From a virus, in the IMG/VR virus record IMGVR_UViG_3300038406_000088, positions 1-58,127 of that record: a stretch of DNA of 58,127 bases; one strand, written 5' to 3'. Under the pieces are notes generated by a model that saw only the letters and a program-made list of their open reading frames with translations, was not told the origin of the DNA and searched no databases. The translations under genes and the position numbers were made by a program. Of the stretch, positions 37,365-44,016 are shown piece by piece (within the stretch, counting starts at the first letter, position 1; each line of letters begins with the position of its first letter).

Positions 37365-37634
37365 CTATCTTTCCCCGTAGCGCTTATCGGCTCGCAACAG
37401 GTGCAGCGCACGAAGTCCTGATACCCACATGGCCGCAGCCAGCGTCAGGATCACGGTGGGGAGCACCCACGGGTGCTCGTACATGAACTGCTCTCGCGGA
37501 GTCCAATGCACCATGTCGATAGTGTCGTTCGACAGTTTCACGGCTACCGCCAGTGCGATTACCGTGGTGAGCGTGCAGAGTGCTGTACCGCCTGCCCATG
37601 CTGATAGTTCAACTTTGAACCGATACCAGTTCAT
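37365..37634 (-). CDS. membrane protein
   Basis: 89 aa with 2-3 hydrophobic helices. Confidence 0.5.
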   Translation of the reverse strand: MNWYRFKVELSAWAGGTALCTLTTVIALAVAVKLSNDTIDMVHWTPREQFMYEHPWVLPTVILTLAAAMWVSGLRALHLLRADKRYGER

Positions 37635-37867
37635 CGGAGTCGACGCGCCTTCCCGCTGTCCTCGAACCGTTGCGCCAGACGCTCAGCGTGCCGAATGGAG
37701 CGGCACGAGCGCGTGTCGATGGCCTTGGTCCCCCACTTATCGTCAACGGACTGCACCCACAGATTCGCCTTACCGGTCGTTGTCGCCAGCAGGATGAACC
37801 TGTACCTGAAACTTTCCGCGTTGTACCTGTTCGGGCTCTCTGCGTCTTTCTGCCATTCGAGTCTCAT
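37631..37867 (-). CDS. hypothetical protein
   Basis: 78-aa ORF with a 4-nt overlap. Confidence 0.5.
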   Translation of the reverse strand: MRLEWQKDAESPNRYNAESFRYRFILLATTTGKANLWVQSVDDKWGTKAIDTRSCRSIRHAERLAQRFEDSGKARRLR

Positions 37868-39690
37868 CGGTCATTCCTCCTGTTGAACGCTGCCTCAAGT
37901 TTATCTCTGCGGTATCCTCGCACCTTCTCACCGTTGCCCATTGCGAAGGCGTTCGGCTCAACCTCGACGCCGTGCACGCGCATACGCACGTGCACCTCAG
38001 TGTCAGCGACACCGAGCGCGATAGCGAGCCGAGCTGTTGACACACCTTGCAGCCCCTCGGACAGTTCAAGCGCGACCACAAGCGCATCTTTCGCGTCGAC
38101 CACGGGGGCGAGCGTCTTCGCCCGACGCCACGGCGAACGCGGTTCAAGCGCCTTCACGTGCTCTTTCGTCATGTGCCACACGCGGGTAGGGTCCGGTGTC
38201 CGGTCCTCACCTTGCACGCGAACCAGCGACCACCCGCCCTTGAGGAGGTCTTCTGCGTGCCATCCCTTAGCGGTGGCGTCCTCGCCAAGCACGTTGCGAG
38301 CCTCGGTGGGGGACGATACCGCCATGCACACCTGCGAGGTCAGCTGAGCCGAGATAGCGGAGTCGAGACCCTTACCGGGGCCGGTCACTGTGGGTTTCTG
38401 CGTGGCCCACCAGAGCGGAATCTCTGCCGATCGTGCGCGTCGAGCGATCGAACGCAGTCCGGTCACGGCGTCGGGCACTTCCGACATGAGTTCTGCACCC
38501 TCATCGACAACAACAACGATGCGCGGACGTTCTGGCGTAGGCTCCCAGGTGTCGAGGCTTTCGGTACGCATGATCGCCTCACGCTCTTTCATCTCGGTCA
38601 CTAGATCGCCAATGACCGACTGGATACCGTCTGCCTCGGATTCGACGCGAGCGACATGTGACCACAGCGCGCCTTCTACTTTCAGGTCGATGATGACGAT
38701 CATGGTGTTCGGGAGCGCGAGCGCTTCCGCCATGAGCACACGCAACGCCACCGACTTGCCAGCACCGGACATGCCCGCGACACTGAGCCGGTCGGTCACG
38801 TCGACACTGACGACTTCGCCCGTGTCCGCGTTGAGTCCCAGTCCCTTTCGTTCCGGTGACCAGGTGAGGTCAAGGTCCCGCACGCGAGTGCGGATGCGAA
38901 GGACAGCCCGGTCTGCGGTACCGCCCGGCTTGACTTGCGTCTTGACCTCATCAGGAACCGCGAGCAGTGCTCGCAGTTGATCGACCTGGGTGTCCAGCTT
39001 TGCTGGCGTCCACAGTCCCGCGAACTCCATGGGGATCAAGATGCCGGACTCATCGATGACCGGAGCACCGGGGAACACCTCGTGCAGCTTGCGATCGGCG
39101 GCGTTGGCCTCCCAGGTGTGCACCCGATCGATGATCGCGGATTCGTGCCTGTTGGGCTTGAGACCCGCCTCAGCGTGTTTCCGGGAGAACAGGCGCGTCT
39201 TCTCTTCGACGGGGGCGAGCGTGGTCACCGACTGCACCGGCTCCGCGTCGTCGCGGTGCGTCCAGCCCAGCCACGCCAGGTATCCGTACGCAGCAGGCCA
39301 TGCGAGGAGCGCACCGGGGTTGCCTTCGATGAGCATCCACGGGGGAACGATGAGCGCGCTCGCAGGGACAGCGAGCGTGAGCGCGCATCGGAGCGCGCGC
39401 GTTCCGAATGCGCGCGTGCTCACCTCAATGTCGGTGAGCGCGTTCGCGCGCGCGGGAGGCGCGCTGTGCGCGCGCCTGTTCTTCGACATGCGCGCGTGCG
39501 CGCGCATCGCTCGTTGATGCTGAGCGCTGAGCGCGCGCGCATCGCGCTCCTTGATGTGCGCCTCGATGCCTTCCGCGCGCGTCCATGCGCGCGCATCTTC
39601 GGCGAGCGCGCGCGCACCCCGCAGGGTGTAACCCCACGAGGTGCGCGCCATGCGCGCGTATGCGCGCTCGTTGTTCTCTTCGGCGCTCAT
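37864..39690 (-). CDS. FtsK/SpoIIIE/TraB-like DNA translocase
   Basis: Walker A GMSGAGKS and Walker B VVVVDEGAEL. N-terminal hydrophobic segment and an Arg/Ala-rich N-terminus. Confidence 0.8.
   Translation of the reverse strand: MSAEENNERAYARMARTSWGYTLRGARALAEDARAWTRAEGIEAHIKERDARALSAQHQRAMRAHARMSKNRRAHSAPPARANALTDIEVSTRAFGTRALRCALTLAVPASALIVPPWMLIEGNPGALLAWPAAYGYLAWLGWTHRDDAEPVQSVTTLAPVEEKTRLFSRKHAEAGLKPNRHESAIIDRVHTWEANAADRKLHEVFPGAPVIDESGILIPMEFAGLWTPAKLDTQVDQLRALLAVPDEVKTQVKPGGTADRAVLRIRTRVRDLDLTWSPERKGLGLNADTGEVVSVDVTDRLSVAGMSGAGKSVALRVLMAEALALPNTMIVIIDLKVEGALWSHVARVESEADGIQSVIGDLVTEMKEREAIMRTESLDTWEPTPERPRIVVVVDEGAELMSEVPDAVTGLRSIARRARSAEIPLWWATQKPTVTGPGKGLDSAISAQLTSQVCMAVSSPTEARNVLGEDATAKGWHAEDLLKGGWSLVRVQGEDRTPDPTRVWHMTKEHVKALEPRSPWRRAKTLAPVVDAKDALVVALELSEGLQGVSTARLAIALGVADTEVHVRMRVHGVEVEPNAFAMGNGEKVRGYRRDKLEAAFNRRNDR
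39381..39668. repeat. alternating-GC motif patch 1 (about 15 runs containing GCGCGC)
   Basis: Hand count. Includes the palindrome ATGCGCGCGCAT and a purine/pyrimidine alternation longer than 20 nt at 39487-39507. Confidence 0.85.
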
Positions 39691-40148
39691 CAGAATCCGC
39701 CAAGAGCCTCAGCAACGAGACCCTGCACAATGACCGTCAGGCCGCCGTACAGTACTTGAGCGAGCCCGAAAACCCACCCGTCCGCGCCGTGCGCAGCGAT
39801 GGGGCCGATCAGGAGCGCCCAGATAGCGGCGTTGTTGTAGTCGGGATCGCTCCAGATGTCCGCCACGGTCGCCACGATGGCGAGCACGCAGATAACACCC
39901 ATAACGGCGTGAGCGGGCACAGCACCGAAGTTGCCCAACAGGCTGGTGAATCGGTCTGCGATCCACGTTGACCACGTGGATGCGTAGATGAGGAACGAGG
40001 CGAAGATACCAAGCCCGAGAGCCACGTACGCCGCCTTCGTGCCCCGGCCCCACTTGTAGTTGATGATGTGCGCGGCGATGAACAGCACCACGGCGATCGG
40101 GCCGGTAGCGGGGTTGTTGGTGGCGTCTACAGCTGCCATAACTTCCAT
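39690..40148 (-). CDS. membrane protein (about 4 transmembrane helices)
   Basis: 152 aa, very hydrophobic. Overlaps the FtsK-like start by 1 nt. Confidence 0.6.
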   Translation of the reverse strand: MEVMAAVDATNNPATGPIAVVLFIAAHIINYKWGRGTKAAYVALGLGIFASFLIYASTWSTWIADRFTSLLGNFGAVPAHAVMGVICVLAIVATVADIWSDPDYNNAAIWALLIGPIAAHGADGWVFGLAQVLYGGLTVIVQGLVAEALGGF

Positions 40149-40192
40149 CAGTGCATCCTTTCGTCTGTGTCTTAGGTCTGCATTAAATTATA
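40149..40192 (-). promoter_or_regulatory. promoter (-10 TATAAT) plus conserved leader
   Basis: The minus strand reads TATAAT...CAGACCTAAGACACAG..GAAAGGATGCA..ATG. A paralogous copy lies at 43979-44016. Confidence 0.5.
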
Positions 40193-40239
40193 CACCTGCC
40201 CGGCACGGCACACCAGGTGGGATGCCCTCGTGGTCGCGG

Positions 40240-40316
40240 TGACCTGCGGAAACGCTTCGAGAGCGGTGCTCTCGGCACACCGTGCCGGTGTGCCAAAACA
40301 GCGTTTCCGCAGGTCA
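40240..40316. repeat. 16-bp perfect inverted repeat enclosing two hairpins (three-way junction or cruciform)
   Basis: TGACCTGCGGAAACGC pairs with GCGTTTCCGCAGGTCA. The inner hairpins are at 40258-40274 and 40274-40294. Confidence 0.8.
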
Positions 40317-40332
40317 ACCGTGGTTTAGTGGT

Positions 40333-40386
40333 GTGCCAGCGGGTGTGCCGCTGGCACGGTCCCGGCACACCTTCCCCAAGGGTGTG
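40333..40386 (-). terminator. two tandem hairpins after the stop at 40402
   Basis: GTGCCAGCG-7 nt-CGCTGGCAC and CACACC-9 nt-GGTGTG. Confidence 0.4.
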
Positions 40387-40401
40387 TCGGTCGCTGTGCC
40401 G

Positions 40402-41643
40402 CTAGTACCCGAGCGCCTTGCGCACCGGGGTGAGCCACTTGCCCGCGTGTCCGATGGACTTCTCGGTGGCAGCAGCCAGCCACTTCTGCGTAGGGAGCTT
40501 GCCCCGCTCCGCCACGAACGCAGTCATGCGGACCTTGACATCCTCGGGGATGGTTTCCTGTGCGGTGATCGCCTCGATCATGGCGTCGTTGCCATGCGCG
40601 CGCGTGGCAGCCTCGTGCGCGCTCACCGTCTCCGATGCGCGCGTGTCCTCGGTGAGTGCGCGCGCATCGTCAGGAACATGCGCGCTCACTTCGAGTGCGC
40701 GCGCGGGAGGCGCGCTCACCGGTCGCACGGCGCGCGCGTTGTGCGTGCGCGCGCTCATCGATGCGCGCTCGTTCCAAGGGTTCATGTGCGCGACCGCTTC
40801 GGGAGCGAGCGCGCGCGCACCGACATAGCGCGCGGCGATGCGCGTCTGAATGCGCGCGCGCACTTCCGGCGTGAGGATGCCGAGCGCATCCGCGCGCGCC
40901 CATGCGCGATCGTATGCGCGCTTGTAGAACGCGCGCGTGATCTTGGGTCCGACGTTCGCGGCGTACGCGCAATTGACGATCTGCGTGATGAGTCGTTCGG
41001 TAAGCACCGTGTTCGCGTCCTGCGACGTAGCCTTGCCACGCTTCATACGCCACCAGGTGACCAGAGCGGACGGCTTGTGCGGACGCCCGAAGGTGATGAC
41101 CACGTGCCACGCGACAGCCGCCAGGAGCGGCCACAGCGCGAAGATAGGGCTACCTCCACCCCACCAGGCGATCACTCCCATGAGTGAGGCCATCATCCAA
41201 ACACCGGCTTCGTACCGGTTGAACCCTTCGCCCCTGGTCATGTGCCGAAGGGACAGCGCGCCCAGGATCGCAAGCCACGCCTCGAAGACGATCACAGCGG
41301 AGATAGCCGCATCAACGGAGGTGAGCCCAATGTGCTGGATAGCAGTGATCGTGGCGTGCGCGCTCAAGTTGGTGGCCGCGAGCGCGACGAGCGCGACCGC
41401 GCTCATGAGCGTGATGCGCAGACGCGCGTCTGCGCGCGCGCCTGATGCGCGCGCATCGGCCTTGCGTTGCGCGCGCGCTTCCATGTCGGGGCGCTTGATC
41501 TCTCCCCAAATGCGCGCGCGTTCCCGTGCGCGCTCGCGCGCGCCCTGAGAGGTGCGCCAGAGGATGAGCGCGAGCATGAGCGCGCCGAGCGCGCACGCGC
41601 TCATGAGTGCGCCTGCTGGTGTTGACGTGAAATCGTTCATCAT
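40402..41643 (-). CDS. polytopic membrane protein (DUF2637-like?) with Arg/Ala-rich termini
   Basis: The central section has about 5 hydrophobic helices. Start chosen at MMNDF after a GAAGGA ribosome-binding site. The family assignment is from memory only. Confidence 0.5.
   Translation of the reverse strand: MMNDFTSTPAGALMSACALGALMLALILWRTSQGARERARERARIWGEIKRPDMEARAQRKADARASGARADARLRITLMSAVALVALAATNLSAHATITAIQHIGLTSVDAAISAVIVFEAWLAILGALSLRHMTRGEGFNRYEAGVWMMASLMGVIAWWGGGSPIFALWPLLAAVAWHVVITFGRPHKPSALVTWWRMKRGKATSQDANTVLTERLITQIVNCAYAANVGPKITRAFYKRAYDRAWARADALGILTPEVRARIQTRIAARYVGARALAPEAVAHMNPWNERASMSARTHNARAVRPVSAPPARALEVSAHVPDDARALTEDTRASETVSAHEAATRAHGNDAMIEAITAQETIPEDVKVRMTAFVAERGKLPTQKWLAAATEKSIGHAGKWLTPVRKALGY
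40594..40937. repeat. alternating-GC motif patch 2 (about 16 runs containing GCGCGC)
   Basis: Hand count, with recurring (A/G)TGCGCGC context. Confidence 0.85.
41355..41605. repeat. alternating-GC motif patch 3 (about 8 runs containing GCGCGC)
   Basis: Hand count. Confidence 0.8.
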
Positions 41644-41683
41644 GAGTCCTTCATCTTGGGGGACTCCCACCATAGCACGAAAG

Positions 41684-41712
41684 AAAGCGGGCACCCAAGG
41701 GGTACCCGCTTT
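41684..41712 (-). terminator. intrinsic terminator-like hairpin
   Basis: The minus strand reads AAAGCGGGTACC-cctt-GGGTGCCCGCTTT followed by CTTTCTTTCG. Confidence 0.6.
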
Positions 41713-41955
41713 AAACGAGCGGCGGGAGTCGAACCCGCTTTGATACTCAACAGGACACTAGCCGATACCCTGCCTTCAAACTGCCCTTGCCGATCGGACG
41801 GCTCAGGATTCCGCCGGTACTCATCTCGTGTGGTGAACACCCGACCCATTACGATCGTCGTCCACACCCCGGAAGAGATACCTTCCGAGGTCCTGTACCC
41901 CGCAAGCGTAAACGCTCAATAACGTTCCCTACACGGTGCTGACCGGTACCTCATT
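41713..41955 (-). ncRNA. structured RNA with a tRNA-like T-arm (ncRNA or attenuating leader)
   Basis: A promoter lies upstream and a terminator downstream. GCGGG-TTCGACT-CCCGC T-arm at 41722-41738. No credible ORF. Confidence 0.45.
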
Positions 41956-41961
41956 GTCCTA

Positions 41962-41990
41962 AGCCTAACAGGTGTCCCCGATGCTGTCAA
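41962..41990 (-). promoter_or_regulatory. consensus-like promoter
   Basis: The minus strand reads TTGACA-N17-TAGGCT. Confidence 0.6.
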
Positions 41991-42005
41991 CACCGGGGTA
42001 ACCCT

Positions 42006-42025
42006 GAACGTTTCCGCAGGTCAGA
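42006..42025 (+). repeat. 20-nt exact repeat GAACGTTTCCGCAGGTCAGA (copy B)
   Basis: Identical to 28590-28609. Spans the stop codon of the gene at 42021-42584. Confidence 0.9.
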
Positions 42026-42584
42026 CCAGGTACCACAGGTACTTGGTACCTTCGGTGTTCTCCGTGCGGACCTTCCCGTCACTCTGGAGACGGCGCAGCG
42101 AGGTGTACACGTTCGCCTCCTTCTCGCGGAGTTCCGTAGCAAGCTGGGGCTTCGAGAGCCCTTCCGGGTTCTCGGCGAGCAACTGGAGAATCGTAGCGTT
42201 GCGCTTCGCCACCGCAGCGGACATCGGACGGCCGCGCTTGGGTTCGGGCGTGTACTCGGTGTCGACGCGGTGGGTGCCCCCTTCGAGTCGGCCGCCATTG
42301 GGGTCGGACTCGGCCTCGGCAATTGCCGCCATTGCCTCAGGGTCAGCGAGAATGGCTGCCGTCTCCTCTTCCGAGGTGTACTCGGGTTCAGGCGAATCCG
42401 CGTGAACCAACGCAGCCGCTTCCGCAGCCGCTGCCTTCATCGCTTCGAGATCAGGCTTCGGCTCCGCAACCGGGGTGGGCGTCGCACGAGGCGCAGCCTT
42501 CGGCGCAGGCTCTTCCGCCTTCCGCTGCATCTCCGCGCGCTTCTCGAACGCGTTCTTTTTCTGTCGGTTTGTCGCCACGTACAT
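42021..42584 (-). CDS. winged-helix DNA-binding protein with a Pro/Ala/Glu-rich N-terminus
   Basis: The C-terminus ILQLLAENPEGLSKPQLATELREKEANVYTSLRRLQSDGKV resembles MarR/ArsR-type winged helix-turn-helix domains. Confidence 0.5.
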   Translation of the reverse strand: MYVATNRQKKNAFEKRAEMQRKAEEPAPKAAPRATPTPVAEPKPDLEAMKAAAAEAAALVHADSPEPEYTSEEETAAILADPEAMAAIAEAESDPNGGRLEGGTHRVDTEYTPEPKRGRPMSAAVAKRNATILQLLAENPEGLSKPQLATELREKEANVYTSLRRLQSDGKVRTENTEGTKYLWYLV

Positions 42585-42605
42585 GAGTTTACCTCCAAAG
42601 AGTGA

Positions 42606-42631
42606 AAGGGGACCCCAGTCGGGGTCCCCTT
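42606..42631 (-). terminator. hairpin terminator
   Basis: AAGGGGACCCC-4 nt-GGGGTCCCCTT followed by a T-rich tail on the minus strand. Confidence 0.6.
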
Positions 42632-42637
42632 GGGTGT

Positions 42638-43171
42638 TTAGAAGCCGGGATCGATCGTGCTGCCACCGGCCATAGCGGGAGCGCCGCCACCAACAGGGGG
42701 GAACTCGGTAACCGCGATAGCGCCGTCACGCGGAGCGCTGAAAGACCAGCTCACCTCGACCTGAGGGTTGCCTTCGCGGTCCATCTTGACCTCGTTGTTC
42801 TTCCGGTTGTCCGTGGCAACCTTGGTCTTTGCCGTCACGGTCTTGCCGATGATCGCACGCGCCACCTGGTCAAGGGTGGGCCGGTGCTGCAAGACGGTTT
42901 CGTCCGTGATGCCGAACGCCTTCATGTTCTGCATGAAGATGTTGATCGTCTTCTCGGTCTGGTAAATCTTGTGGTAGAACGTCGTCGGACGCTTACCGGC
43001 GTGCTCGCCTTCGGTGATCTTGAGTCGAGTCTCGATGAAAGCGTTGCCGTTCTGGTTCTCCCCGGCTTCGGCCGACTCGATCCGGCACTGGTAGACACCC
43101 ACGGGGGCGACCTCAGTGTGTCCGTTCTCCTTCGCCTTAGCGACCAGGACATCCCACGGGACAGTAGTCAT
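42638..43171 (-). CDS. ssDNA-binding-like protein (DUF669-like)
   Basis: Sits next to the AAA ATPase and Cas4 nuclease. Gly-rich linker and C-terminal IDPGF tail. Confidence 0.45.
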   Translation of the reverse strand: MTTVPWDVLVAKAKENGHTEVAPVGVYQCRIESAEAGENQNGNAFIETRLKITEGEHAGKRPTTFYHKIYQTEKTINIFMQNMKAFGITDETVLQHRPTLDQVARAIIGKTVTAKTKVATDNRKNNEVKMDREGNPQVEVSWSFSAPRDGAIAVTEFPPVGGGAPAMAGGSTIDPGF

Positions 43172-43183
43172 GTTCTGTGTTCC

Positions 43184-43978
43184 TTACTCCGGCACGAAGC
43201 CGGGGAAGATTTGGCCCATCATCTTCGTGATGTTGGGGTTTTCAACGGTGTTGTTCTCGAACCGGTCTTCGAAGTGCGAACCGGTGATGTAGTTCGGGTT
43301 CGGCTTCACCATGAGCGAGCGAACCAACGGGCTGTCAGCGGCAATGATGCCATCCGCGTTCGGGACCTGCTTGACCGTGAGGCAAGCCGTGGTGTTCATC
43401 CAGTAGGCGATGCCCTTTCGAAGCGCGCCCTCCATGTTCGGTACGTACTTGCCGTCCGACCGAAGGTCACCTTCGGCAGTGAACACCGCGACCCGGAACG
43501 GGTTGCGCACGTCCTTCACCATGTCACGGAACCGCTGCACCTTCTCGGACATGCGGGTCAGGAGCTGACCCCAGTCCGAATACTGCTGGTTCCCGGACTG
43601 GAAACCGGGCAGCGCTTCTTTGCAGCGTTTCTGGAGTTGCGTCACCGAGTCGACAACGATCGACTGGAACGGGTGGTCAGGCTGGATAGTCCACCCGATG
43701 ACCTGCTCGACGGTTTCCCATCGGAGCACGTCGACCACGCAGATGTCCCAAGTCCCGTCCGCCTTCGGTGGCGCTTCCTTGGGGTCCCACCACACGACGC
43801 GGTAGGGCTGGTTCGGGTTGTTGGGGTTCTTACGCCCCTCGAACGCGTTCCAGCTCCCCTCCGCGTCGAGCGCGAGCACCGGCCCGGGGCAGCTCGCCCC
43901 AAGCGTCGACTTGCCGCGCTTAGTTTCGGCGTAGACGAGAAATGTCGCGTTGTGTCGCGGGTTTCTGTCTTGTGTCAT
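43184..43978 (-). CDS. RecA-like AAA ATPase (AAA_24/Sak4-like)
   Basis: P-loop YAETKRGKST near the N-terminus. Confidence 0.65.
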   Translation of the reverse strand: MTQDRNPRHNATFLVYAETKRGKSTLGASCPGPVLALDAEGSWNAFEGRKNPNNPNQPYRVVWWDPKEAPPKADGTWDICVVDVLRWETVEQVIGWTIQPDHPFQSIVVDSVTQLQKRCKEALPGFQSGNQQYSDWGQLLTRMSEKVQRFRDMVKDVRNPFRVAVFTAEGDLRSDGKYVPNMEGALRKGIAYWMNTTACLTVKQVPNADGIIAADSPLVRSLMVKPNPNYITGSHFEDRFENNTVENPNITKMMGQIFPGFVPE

Positions 43979-44016
43979 TGCATCCTTTCCCTTTGTCCTA
44001 GGTCTGAATTATATCA
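43979..44016 (-). promoter_or_regulatory. extended -10 promoter (TGaTATAAT) plus conserved leader
   Basis: The minus strand reads TGATATAATTCAGACCTAGGACAAAGGGAAAGGATGCAATG. Confidence 0.55.

Noticed and set aside
39170-39730. Alternative-frame ORFs within the GCGCGC patches (e.g. 39420-39617, 39425-39730, 40656-40874, 41312-41596)
   Set aside because: All three frames stay open because of the GC-repeat composition. Their products are Arg/Ala homopolymer-like, and the FtsK-like and membrane-protein frames are the ones with motifs and hydrophobic helices.
41713-41800. A bona fide tRNA gene on the minus strand
   Set aside because: Only the T-arm and a 3' acceptor-like strand are convincing. 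No 7-bp acceptor partner, D-arm or 7-nt anticodon loop could be placed within 95 nt. It is kept as a tRNA-like element rather than called a tRNA.
41640-41867. 75-aa ORF in the promoter-to-terminator interval
   Set aside because: It has no ribosome-binding site, it runs through the terminator hairpin and into the next gene's start region, and its composition is not protein-like.
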